Assembly (NCBI GenBank): GCA_002457145.1
Contig: NTJP01000005.1
Location: 36,000 to 99,999, forward strand
DNA from: Marine Group II euryarchaeote MED-G38
GTDB lineage: Archaea > Thermoplasmatota > Poseidoniia > Poseidoniales > Thalassarchaeaceae
Direction of reading: 5' to 3'
Length of the DNA stretch: 64,000 bases
Positions 49,568 through 58,544 of this stretch are shown here, piece after piece. The notes beneath the pieces are model-generated. The model searched no databases. It was not told the origin of the DNA and saw only the letters and a list, made by a program, of their open reading frames with translations. A program made the position numbers and the translations under genes. Numbering within the stretch: the first letter of the stretch is position 1; each line of letters opens with the position of its first letter.

Positions 49568-50668
49568 CTAAGAATAAGAATCCTCTAAGGAGTTAAGTTT
49601 CCAAGAAATATCACTAGAAAGTTCTGAATCAAGCCATTCTAAACCTTTTAAATTACAATTATGATTATTTAAGGAATTTTGAAAAAAACTTGGTATTGGC
49701 TTTCCATCACACCCTGTAATAATAAGTGATGAAATATCATAATTAACTACTAGATCTAATAAGGAATTTTGTTCTTGTGGATATAAGCACAGGGCTTTAC
49801 ATGTTGGAATAGCAATTCCTTTTTTTTCGAAATTTTCTGGCATTTTAGGACAGGCCCCTTCGCAATTACAATCAACTATTGCTATACGATTACATTCACC
49901 ACTACTGGAAATAATATCATCTACATTGAAAGAACGTAAACCCAATGGTGATGAAGGTAAAGTTCTTGAAACTAGATCAGAAAGATAAATGATGAATAAT
50001 GCGATGACTATACGAAGGCCCTCGAATTCATTCGGTAGAGAAAGGATGACCAGACTGCAAGAAACTGTGACTATTTTTAATTTCATAGTTGAATTTTTAA
50101 TATCAAATACTCCAATTAGTCTAGATAATCCCAGAGAAATACTACTTAAAGAAAAAAGAATGAAAATCCATGAAAATCCTAGAGTTAGTTTGAAAATAGC
50201 AGATGCGTCATAATTTTTACCAACTCCTTCAACAGAGCTCAAAGTATCAAAAGATGAGAGAAAGTTAGGTAGAAAAAATATCCAGGTAATGATTAATATT
50301 AATGGGATTACAAACAATGTAAATATTAACAAAACTGTAAACCATATCTTTTCTTTAGGCAATAATCCAATGGTAGTAAATTTAAGAAGTGAATAGGAAA
50401 TAGATGGCATTGTAGATATAATTGCCAATAAAAACATCGTAGACCATTGTATTTCTATCCAATCATATGGCCCATAAATGGAGAGATTGAGAGACAAATC
50501 TGATAATGGAATACTATGTAACCATTTTGAAATTAAATCTTCTATAAAAAATGACCATATAATTGAAAAAAATATGAATAAAAGTATATTAATTTTTATT
50601 ATTTTAATCAATTCATTCATGTGTTCTGTGAAGGGTGCGGGAATATCATTGGAAACAGAAATGACCAT
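49568..50668 (-). CDS. tatC: Divergent TatC-like protein with a C-terminal Cys-rich domain
   Basis: PFTEHMNEL, GLLPKEK and six TMs, then a ~110-aa tail RIAIVDCNCEGAC..CKALC..LIITGCDG. Confidence 0.7.
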   Translation of the reverse strand: MVISVSNDIPAPFTEHMNELIKIIKINILLFIFFSIIWSFFIEDLISKWLHSIPLSDLSLNLSIYGPYDWIEIQWSTMFLLAIISTMPSISYSLLKFTTIGLLPKEKIWFTVLLIFTLFVIPLILIITWIFFLPNFLSSFDTLSSVEGVGKNYDASAIFKLTLGFSWIFILFSLSSISLGLSRLIGVFDIKNSTMKLKIVTVSCSLVILSLPNEFEGLRIVIALFIIYLSDLVSRTLPSSPLGLRSFNVDDIISSSGECNRIAIVDCNCEGACPKMPENFEKKGIAIPTCKALCLYPQEQNSLLDLVVNYDISSLIITGCDGKPIPSFFQNSLNNHNCNLKGLEWLDSELSSDISWKLNSLEDSYS

Positions 50669-50669
50669 A

Positions 50670-51731
50670 TCACAAAATATCCTTAACTTTAGGTTCTCTG
50701 CTAGCGGCTAATATAGTTCTGTAAACTCCATACGCAAACCATGCACTGATAAAAAAGAAGCACCCGATAATAAATACCGTTAGATCTGTCACTTCTGCAT
50801 CGGGACCAACAATGGAAGGAGGAGGAAACTGTATTACTGCATCATTTATTGTCCATCTGTAAGCCATGATAAATGTAATTATTGAACCAAGTGACCTACG
50901 AATTGCTTGGGGAATGGCTAATTCCCTAGCTAAGTATTCAGGGCCTTCATCGTAGCGTCTTTCTAAGATTTCTCTCTGAAAAGCACCCCCTACAATTAAT
51001 GCAACAAGACTAGTCCAGAAAAATAAATTACCTTGTTTAAAAATTTCATGTGAAAGTTTGTTTTGGCGCTCTTGTTCTAATTGTTCTTCTGTTATTTCTA
51101 GAACAAAGAGAGAATCGTAATCTCCTACTGATATGGTTCTAGTTTGTAATGTTGAATCTGATTCAGTAGTAGTAATTGTTCCGGGTTCGTTTATTGAAAA
51201 TGAGACCAGGTTCCAATAATCATTTTCATCAGGTATTCCAGCTCCATCCACTGAATTACCGGCTAGCCAGAAGTTAACTTGGCCAACATTTTCTGATGGT
51301 GCGGTCCACTTGAAGTCCCAAACTCCATCTGAATCAGTTTCTGAATGAGATATATCATCTGGTCTATCTTCGGCCTGTCTTATATCCTGATCATCGTTCC
51401 ATGAAAATATCCCTACTGCATCCGAAGATAATAAAAATCCTGCTTTCACATTACCATCTCCTCCAGATAATGTTAGGGAATCTGCAACTCTTACGGTCAA
51501 ATTATAAGTCTCTGATAAGTCATACATTATTGGGACACCAGTTATCATTACTACTACTCTTGGGGATGATGCCCCGTTATTATGACAATTACAACCATAT
51601 TTGACTGTTAATTCTTCGTCTGAATTTAATGCAGAGGGGCCGCCACTTAAACCATATACTGGTATAATTAGTAATCCCATTACGAGTAAAATAATACCAA
51701 AACGAGGAATGGTCTTATTCATTGGCATCAC
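50670..51731 (-). CDS. Secreted / membrane-anchored Reeler (choice-of-anchor V-like) domain protein
   Basis: Signal peptide, GCNCH, AGFLLS, WDFKWTAP..VNFWLAGNSVDG and three C-terminal TMs. Confidence 0.75.
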   Translation of the reverse strand: MMPMNKTIPRFGIILLVMGLLIIPVYGLSGGPSALNSDEELTVKYGCNCHNNGASSPRVVVMITGVPIMYDLSETYNLTVRVADSLTLSGGDGNVKAGFLLSSDAVGIFSWNDDQDIRQAEDRPDDISHSETDSDGVWDFKWTAPSENVGQVNFWLAGNSVDGAGIPDENDYWNLVSFSINEPGTITTTESDSTLQTRTISVGDYDSLFVLEITEEQLEQERQNKLSHEIFKQGNLFFWTSLVALIVGGAFQREILERRYDEGPEYLARELAIPQAIRRSLGSIITFIMAYRWTINDAVIQFPPPSIVGPDAEVTDLTVFIIGCFFFISAWFAYGVYRTILAASREPKVKDIL

Positions 51732-51800
51732 CTATTATTATATTCGGAGGAGTAAGTCTCATAACTATTACCCGTAAGTCCTCTCCTAAATACCTAAAAT

Positions 51801-53225
51801 CTATATTTCCTTGATTGCTGAGTTTAAACTATTCATCATAACCTTTCCATCTCCAAATAACATCATTGTTTTATCTTCATAAAATAAATCATTATCCACT
51901 CCTGCATATCCTACAGATAAACTTCTTTTTATTATTACAACTGATCTTGCTTTATCTGCATCTATTATAGGCATACCCGCCAAAGGCCCTTCACCACTTC
52001 TTGCTGCGGGATTACATGTATCATTAGCACCAATAATTACTGCCATATCACATTCTGAAAATTCTTGATTTATTTCCTCCATTTCTATCAATTGTTCATA
52101 TGGGACATTAGCCTCTGCAAGTAATACATTCATGTGACCTGGCATTCTTCCAGCCACAGGATGTATAGCAAATTTTACCTCGGTATCAAATTTTTCTTTT
52201 AGTAAATCTGCAAATTCTTTAACTTGATGTTGACATTGACTAACTGCCATACCGTAACCAGGGATAATGATGACTTTCTGTGCGCCATCTATCATCATAG
52301 CTACTTCTTCAGAGTCAGCACCAACTTTTGTCCTAGTAAGTACCTCCTTTTCTGAACTACCAAATGATTTGAAAAGTACATCAATTAAAGATCTATTCAT
52401 AGCTCTGCACATTATGAAAGTAAGAATAAGCCCTGATGCGCCTACGAGTGAACCAGCCACTATCAATACACTATTTGATATAATGAATCCAGTAAATGCA
52501 GCCGCTATACCTGAAAGAGAGTTTAGTAGAGATACAACAACTGGCATATCTGCACCTCCAATTGGAAGTACCAATAATAATCCCAAAATACAAGATATTA
52601 TGATAATTGCCCAGAGAAATGTTGCATTTGTGGGGTCATTTAGTGAAAGATAAATGAATACTATGATACTTAAAAAGAAAACAATTTTTATAGAATTTAG
52701 CCAACTAGGGCCCCATGTTGGAGTTCTGAACCATTTACCAAATACAGTAACTCCCCCTTTGAGTTTATACATTGCTAGTATGGAACCAGTCAGTGTCATC
52801 CAACCCACAAGAGCAGAAAGTCCCGCTGCAATATATATCACAGTCAAATCCAAACCTGTAGGGATATTATTGGATTCGTATATATATCTCCAACTTTCAG
52901 ATAAAGCAACTAAAGCAGAAGCAGCACCTCCAAAACCATTGAATAATGCCACTAGCTCAGGCATTCCGGTCATTTCTACTCTTATTGCCATTATATAGCC
53001 AATTATTGAACCAATCAATAATCCAGAAATTATCAATTCCCAACCGATTATTCCTTCACCAACAAGATTCATTTCTAAAATGGTGGTAATAATTGCAACT
53101 GCCATTCCAGAAGCCCCGAGTAGATTGCCACGAGGTGCAGTTTTGGGATGACCTAGATTTTTGAGACCAAAGATGAATAAAGATGCAGATATAAGATAAC
53201 CAAGTGAAATCCAATCTTCGAACAT
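51801..53225 (-). CDS. pntB: NAD(P) transhydrogenase subunit beta
   Basis: MTGMPELVALFNGFGG, IGGADMPVVVSLLNS, PGYGMAV and IHPVAGRMPGHMNVLLAEA. Confidence 0.97.
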   Translation of the reverse strand: MFEDWISLGYLISASLFIFGLKNLGHPKTAPRGNLLGASGMAVAIITTILEMNLVGEGIIGWELIISGLLIGSIIGYIMAIRVEMTGMPELVALFNGFGGAASALVALSESWRYIYESNNIPTGLDLTVIYIAAGLSALVGWMTLTGSILAMYKLKGGVTVFGKWFRTPTWGPSWLNSIKIVFFLSIIVFIYLSLNDPTNATFLWAIIIISCILGLLLVLPIGGADMPVVVSLLNSLSGIAAAFTGFIISNSVLIVAGSLVGASGLILTFIMCRAMNRSLIDVLFKSFGSSEKEVLTRTKVGADSEEVAMMIDGAQKVIIIPGYGMAVSQCQHQVKEFADLLKEKFDTEVKFAIHPVAGRMPGHMNVLLAEANVPYEQLIEMEEINQEFSECDMAVIIGANDTCNPAARSGEGPLAGMPIIDADKARSVVIIKRSLSVGYAGVDNDLFYEDKTMMLFGDGKVMMNSLNSAIKEI

Positions 53226-53226
53226 A

Positions 53227-53535
53227 TTAATTCCCCTTCTTTTTACCTGCAATCATATTTAGCATTCTATTTGTAACTGCAAATCCACCAATAACATTTA
53301 TCATCGCTAGAACAATAGCAATAAAGGCTAAAATTCCAGAGGTATTTGTATCCAATCCATTAAATATTACATTAGCGCCTATTAGTGCTCCTACAACGCT
53401 AATTCCAGAAATAGCATTTGCGCCACTCATGAGAGGAGTATGCAACATTGCAGGGACTTTAGTGATTAATTCAAAGCCAAGGAAAATTGCCAAAACAAAC
53501 AAGGTAATTGAACCAATTAATAATTCTGGAGTCAT
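53227..53535 (-). CDS. pntAB: NAD(P) transhydrogenase alpha2 (membrane part)
   Basis: LHTPLMSGANAISG and INVIGGFAVTNRML. Confidence 0.95.
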   Translation of the reverse strand: MTPELLIGSITLFVLAIFLGFELITKVPAMLHTPLMSGANAISGISVVGALIGANVIFNGLDTNTSGILAFIAIVLAMINVIGGFAVTNRMLNMIAGKKKGN

Positions 53536-54695
53536 TAAAGTATTCCTCCTAGTCTAGATTGTTTAGAGTGCATATTACCATTTTGACAAATAAGAACCCC
53601 TCCCATGCCAGGAATATGAAATTCAGATTCTTCTGGGGCACCAACTAATATATCATCTTCTTCAGAAATAATTATTTCACCATCTTTGAAAATTGATGTT
53701 ATGAAATTAGTAAGATTATTGGAATAAAGCATACTTGCTGTATTTGCAAGAGTACCAGGTAAGTTAGAAGTTCCAACGACTACAACTCCATTATCTGTTG
53801 TAATAATTTTTCCTGCTTGAGTTATTTCGCAATTACCTCCTACATCGGCATTCATATCTACTACTACTGCCCCAGATTTGAATTTAGATATAGCACTCTC
53901 AGGAATAGTAATAGGAGCAGGTCTGCCAAATATCCTTGCCGTGGTAATTATTATATCTGCATCTGAAGCAACATCGCATACTTTATCATTGACTTTTTGA
54001 ATAAATTCTGGAGTAAGAGGTTTTGCATATCCAGATTCATCTTCAAAATCATCCATCCCATCTACTTCAATAAAACGCCCTCCAACAGACTCTATTTGCT
54101 CAGCTGCAGATTTACGAACATCTGACGCATAAACTACTGCCCCTAGTCTTTTTGCAGTTGCAATGGCTTGTAATCCCGCTACACCACTACCCATTATGAC
54201 AATTTTTGCAGGCCTTATAGTTCCTGCAGAGGTAGTCATCATAGGTATTCCTCTAGAAACATGAGCGGCCCCAAGTAGGACCGCCTTATACCCAGATAAA
54301 TTATCTTGACTGGAATTGACATCCATAGATTGTGCACGGGAAAGTCTACGAGGAATCATATCCATAGAAAATAATGTAATTTTATTATCTAATGATGAAT
54401 TAACTTTCTCAGGATGTCTAAATGGATCGGCAATACATGCTAATACCAATCCATGTCTAAGCTCATCATTTTCTAACATATTAATTGTAATTAAAATATC
54501 TGATGCCAATACTTCGGTTCTTGAGCCTAATTTAGCACCTGAAGCAGAATATTCTGCATCTGAATAATTTGCATTTATTCCTGCACCTTTTTCAAAAATA
54601 ACATTGAAGCCGGATTTTATGAGTTTTTTAACTGAATTAGGTACAATTGCTACTCTATTTTCTCCATCAGGTTCTAACAAAATTCCTAGTAACAT
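53535..54695 (-). CDS. pntAA: NAD(P) transhydrogenase alpha1 (dI)
   Basis: ENRVAIVP, SRAQSMDV, GSGVAGLQAIATAKRLGA, GYAK and GGNCE. Confidence 0.96.
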   Translation of the reverse strand: MLLGILLEPDGENRVAIVPNSVKKLIKSGFNVIFEKGAGINANYSDAEYSASGAKLGSRTEVLASDILITINMLENDELRHGLVLACIADPFRHPEKVNSSLDNKITLFSMDMIPRRLSRAQSMDVNSSQDNLSGYKAVLLGAAHVSRGIPMMTTSAGTIRPAKIVIMGSGVAGLQAIATAKRLGAVVYASDVRKSAAEQIESVGGRFIEVDGMDDFEDESGYAKPLTPEFIQKVNDKVCDVASDADIIITTARIFGRPAPITIPESAISKFKSGAVVVDMNADVGGNCEITQAGKIITTDNGVVVVGTSNLPGTLANTASMLYSNNLTNFITSIFKDGEIIISEEDDILVGAPEESEFHIPGMGGVLICQNGNMHSKQSRLGGIL

Positions 54696-54800
54696 TTACA
54701 AAAACCTCGTATATTCTACTCACGGTGACTTAATATATCTTTATCGAAAAGAATACACTTATTGAAACCGCCGGCGAGTAGTTATCAAACAAATTAAAAT

Positions 54801-55376
54801 TTACATGAAAAGTACACGAAATCCAATTGAAAAAACAACTATATCACATATTGCATGTGATAACCAACATACCCATATTGATTCATATTTCAAATATAAC
54901 CATGACCATATCGCAGCAGCGGTTAAAAGACCGAAGGAAGCAATAAATATTTGCCAAAATATGAAACCAAAGAAATATAACGCTATAGCATGATGTAGTG
55001 TAAATAGAAATGCTGAAAAGATTATTGCATAGTAATCATTCCCAAATAAAATACTTGCCTTGGTGGTGATAAACCATCGAAAAACATATTCTTCCAAGAG
55101 GCTATTAATAAAAATCCAATAAATCATTCCGAAAACGTATAGATAAAAATTAGAAAGACCTTGGGATTCTAAAATAACTTTCATTTCATCCAAATTTATA
55201 GAGTTTTCAAAAATTAACCATGTGATTATGATAATTATCGACATTCCAACTCCAGTTATGGTACCCATTTTTAATCCATCAATAGTTGGTAATGATCTTG
55301 AAAAAATATTATTATCAACCTTTAGATACCAAATAGTGGGAATTATAAATATCCAAAATTTACATAATATGAACAA
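54801..55376 (-). CDS. CPBP/CAAX (Abi) intramembrane protease; true start probably further upstream
   Basis: NSLLEEYVFRW, FTLHH and SHAICD. The frame stays open, with another TM segment, to about 55496. Confidence 0.85.
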   Translation of the reverse strand: MFILCKFWIFIIPTIWYLKVDNNIFSRSLPTIDGLKMGTITGVGMSIIIIITWLIFENSINLDEMKVILESQGLSNFYLYVFGMIYWIFINSLLEEYVFRWFITTKASILFGNDYYAIIFSAFLFTLHHAIALYFFGFIFWQIFIASFGLLTAAAIWSWLYLKYESIWVCWLSHAICDIVVFSIGFRVLFM

Positions 55377-55594
55377 AATTTGAGAGTGAACTTCATTTTC
55401 AAAAATTTTAATTCCAAATATAACAGAAATTGAGGGTACGAATGCAACTAAAAGGATTGCAATTAAAGGATTATTATGAACTCTGATATATACTCGTCAT
55501 ACTACCTGTAAAAAAAATTTTCCACTGCATCAATTTCTGATATAGCATTACCAAAGGCTAAGTCCTGTGTCTCAATCGTAGCGTTTGAATTACC

Positions 55595-56533
55595 ATGGCG
55601 AGAGGTTCGAGAAAAGTAGCAATAATTGGAGCAGGGAATGTTGGAGCAACATGTGCATTTGTTTTAGCCGAAAGAAAAATTGGAGAAATAGTACTTTTAG
55701 ATATATTTGAAGGATTTGCAAAAGGAAAAGCGCTTGATATGAGTCAAGGCGGTAAAATTCTAAATTATGATGGAAAGATAATTGGAACAAAAGATTATGC
55801 CGATATAGCAGGTTCTGAAGTGGTGATTGTTACATCTGGCTTTCCAAGACAACCTGGTATGAGTAGAGAAGATTTGATCGGTAAAAATGCTGAAATAGTT
55901 TCACAAGTTGGTGAGGGCATTAAAAAATATGCTCCCGAGTCAATAATTATTATGGTTACAAATCCTCTTGATTTGATGACATATCATATGCAAAAAGTGA
56001 CTGGTTTCTCTCACAAAAAAGTAATCGGACAAGCCGGGATATTAGATTCTGCAAGAATGACACATTTTGTGGCTGATGCATTAGGATGTAGTAATGAAGA
56101 TGTACAAGCAATGGTACTTGGAGGCCATGGAGACACTATGGTCCCACTGCCTCGATACACTACTGTTGGAGGAATTCCTATAACTCAATTACTTTCACGA
56201 GAAGAAATAGAGGCAATAAGTACTAGGACGGCAAATGGCGGTGGAGAAATAGTAAAATTATTGGAAAGAGGTAGTGCTTTCTATGCTCCTGGTAGTGCAG
56301 CTGCAATAATGGCTGAATCAGTACTTAATGATCGAAGGAGACTACTACCTTGCAGCGCATATCTAAATGGAGAATATGGCATGGAAGATGTTTACATTGG
56401 CGTTCCAATAATATTAGGTAAAAACGGAGTTGAGGAAATTATTCAATTAGATCTTAAGGAAATAGAAATAAACAAATTACAAAATTCTGGTTCATTCTAC
56501 AAAGAGCAATTACAGAGTATTTTACAATATTAA
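55595..56533 (+). CDS. mdh: Malate dehydrogenase (LDH-like)
   Basis: IIGAGNVG, GKALD, PRQPGMSREDL, VTNPLD, LDSAR and GGHGD. Confidence 0.95.
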   Translation: MARGSRKVAIIGAGNVGATCAFVLAERKIGEIVLLDIFEGFAKGKALDMSQGGKILNYDGKIIGTKDYADIAGSEVVIVTSGFPRQPGMSREDLIGKNAEIVSQVGEGIKKYAPESIIIMVTNPLDLMTYHMQKVTGFSHKKVIGQAGILDSARMTHFVADALGCSNEDVQAMVLGGHGDTMVPLPRYTTVGGIPITQLLSREEIEAISTRTANGGGEIVKLLERGSAFYAPGSAAAIMAESVLNDRRRLLPCSAYLNGEYGMEDVYIGVPIILGKNGVEEIIQLDLKEIEINKLQNSGSFYKEQLQSILQY

Positions 56534-56538
56534 TTTTA

Positions 56539-57321
56539 GTGAGACATATGGAAATAGGAAATAAATATCTATATCTAGAACATGATGGTAAAATATTGTT
56601 AGTTGATAACTATGGAAGAGGGCCTATGATACCCAAAATGGGCAGAATAGAATATGAAAATAGTAATGGTATGCTAAGACTTCCGACCGTAGAAGAAGTT
56701 CAAGATATGAATATTGATTGGAAATATGTGCGAACCAATAATCTTACATTTGGAGATAAAAAATATAATGTTACCATGGGTGAACCAAACATAAGTTGGC
56801 CAGAAAATTGGGCATGGAAAGATGGTGTAATTAGTGATAATAATGTAGAGCCACTAGTACGAGAATGCGTATATAGAACCATTCATAGAATAGTCAGTAA
56901 GGTTATAATTATTAATGAAAAAAAAGAAATACTAATGGCGAAGGTATCAAGAGGATTTTTCAAAGGTTTTTGGACTTTACCTGGAGGGTTTGTAAACTAT
57001 GGGGAACATCCACGTAAAGGTGCTGAAAGAGAGGTTTTAGAAGAGTTAGGAATTAATATAAAAATTGCTGATAATAATGGCGAATCGGGCAATATTATTC
57101 AAGGAGATGATGGTCTGTTTATTCAGCATGAAATTTTTAATGAAGAGGGGATTAGCTGGGTTTCTTTTACTTACAGGTGTGAAGTTGATATAGATATCGA
57201 CTTTAAACTAAAAGAAGATGAAATTGAAGAAGTAATGTGGTTTGAGGTAAGTACTGCTATGCAAAATGCAGTATCAGCTTTTGATATTAATGCAATTAAA
57301 TATTTAATTAATAAAAATTAG
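56539..57321 (+). CDS. NUDIX hydrolase with N-terminal extension
   Basis: Nudix box WTLPGGFVNYGEHPRKGAEREVLEELG. Confidence 0.9.
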   Translation: MRHMEIGNKYLYLEHDGKILLVDNYGRGPMIPKMGRIEYENSNGMLRLPTVEEVQDMNIDWKYVRTNNLTFGDKKYNVTMGEPNISWPENWAWKDGVISDNNVEPLVRECVYRTIHRIVSKVIIINEKKEILMAKVSRGFFKGFWTLPGGFVNYGEHPRKGAEREVLEELGINIKIADNNGESGNIIQGDDGLFIQHEIFNEEGISWVSFTYRCEVDIDIDFKLKEDEIEEVMWFEVSTAMQNAVSAFDINAIKYLINKN

Positions 57322-57430
57322 TGATGTGGGAACCGAATATCAAGCGGACGAAAACATAACTAAACAATCCACCCGGACATATCCGGCCCCCGGTTTTTTG
57401 TCCGGGCAGAGTTAGGTGAAGATACATCAT
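57322..57430 (-). ncRNA. Putative structured non-coding RNA of unknown family
   Basis: GC-rich intergenic island with nested stems TGATGT/ACATCA, CCCGGACA/TGTCCGGG and CCGG/CCGG. G-U extension of the main stem favours the minus strand. Confidence 0.45.
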
Positions 57431-57625
57431 GCTTAAGTCCTGTTAAGAGAAGTTTTACTCAAAGGTTAAAAAAAGTAATATAATGATAAAAATAATAATT
57501 AACCATAAAAATGGTTTGATACTTTTGACAAAACCGATAAAAAATGATACCACTGAACTAGTATTTCCCACGTTTACAGATGGGGGTGTTAGATATAGCA
57601 TCTATGGAAATTTTAAAAAAAATTA

Positions 57626-57703
57626 TGGTGGGCCTGCCTGGATTTGAACCAGAGTCTGTTCGTCCCAAACGAACAAGCATAGACCAGACTAACCCACAGG
57701 CCC
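57626..57703 (-). tRNA. tRNA-Pro(TGG), CCA encoded, no intron
   Basis: Reverse complement is GGGCCTGTGGGTTAGTCTGGTCTATGCTT-GTTCG-TTTGGGA-CGAAC-AGACTCTGGTTCAAATCCAGGCAGGCCCACCA. Confidence 0.96.
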
Positions 57704-57742
57704 GTGGTAAGCCGTCCACTAACTGATATCTCATGAAGGTTA

Positions 57743-58180
57743 CTAGAGCCAGGTCCATTGATTGATACCTGAACGAATGATGTAACCTTCAGATTCAGAT
57801 ATTTGTATTAATTCTTCGGCACCTATATTCTCAATAGAATTATTCTTTAGTACTAGTTTTAGATTATCTAAAGTTAAAATTCCAATCTTATTGGTGGCAT
57901 TTTTCATTAAAATTTGTAATTTTGTAATATTTCCATTCTCAAAATTATTTTTTCTTCTTTTTTTCTCTATTTTTCTTAACTTTGAATTAATTATTTGGTT
58001 GATTTCATCTGGTGCATTTGCAGCCGATACTGCAGAATGTAGTTCTTTGGATGTAGAGAAAGTATGTGAAATAATAAATTCATTTTTTCCGCCGCACCTA
58101 GAACAAGAGATACGTGAGTTCTTCTTTACCCCATAGTAATTACCGCAATCACATTTGACTAATAACCACTCTAGTGCCAC
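57743..58180 (-). CDS. Zn-ribbon protein with a C-terminal winged-helix-like domain
   Basis: CDCG..CSRCG at the N-terminus; ELIQISESEGYIIRSG at the C-terminus. Confidence 0.75.
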   Translation of the reverse strand: MALEWLLVKCDCGNYYGVKKNSRISCSRCGGKNEFIISHTFSTSKELHSAVSAANAPDEINQIINSKLRKIEKKRRKNNFENGNITKLQILMKNATNKIGILTLDNLKLVLKNNSIENIGAEELIQISESEGYIIRSGINQWTWL

Positions 58181-58271
58181 AAATACCTGTAAATATCATA
58201 GTTCAATAATTTGTCTGAGATTTAGTCAAAAAAAGGCTGTGTTATTGAACTAAGTACTTCCGGACTGTATT

Positions 58272-58544
58272 ATGATGCCAAGTAGGGCGGTCGTTGGAAG
58301 TGTCATATCTATAATTTTGATTTTATTATCAATATATAACTTTACTGTAGATAATACATCATCAACTCAAGCATGGAGTTATCTTTTATTAACTCCTTTA
58401 CCGCTTATTTTTGCTTTTACTCCGTATAAATTTTCCAAAACCAACAATGTAGAAGATATTTACGATTGGGAAGAAGAAACGGAAGAAATTGAAAACAAAA
58501 ATATTGATCCAATAGAGTCTGGGTACGATGTACCAATATTATAA
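58272..58544 (+). CDS. Small two-TM protein with acidic tail
   Basis: Two hydrophobic helices; ends DPIESGYDVPIL. Confidence 0.7.
   Translation: MMPSRAVVGSVISIILILLSIYNFTVDNTSSTQAWSYLLLTPLPLIFAFTPYKFSKTNNVEDIYDWEEETEEIENKNIDPIESGYDVPIL

Noticed and set aside
57322-57430. 5S rRNA, C/D box sRNA or hammerhead ribozyme
   Set aside because: It lacks 5S conserved motifs, has no proper RUGAUGA plus CUGA boxes, and has no CUGANGA core.
57558-57758. 66-aa minus-strand ORF
   Set aside because: It runs through tRNA-Pro(TGG).
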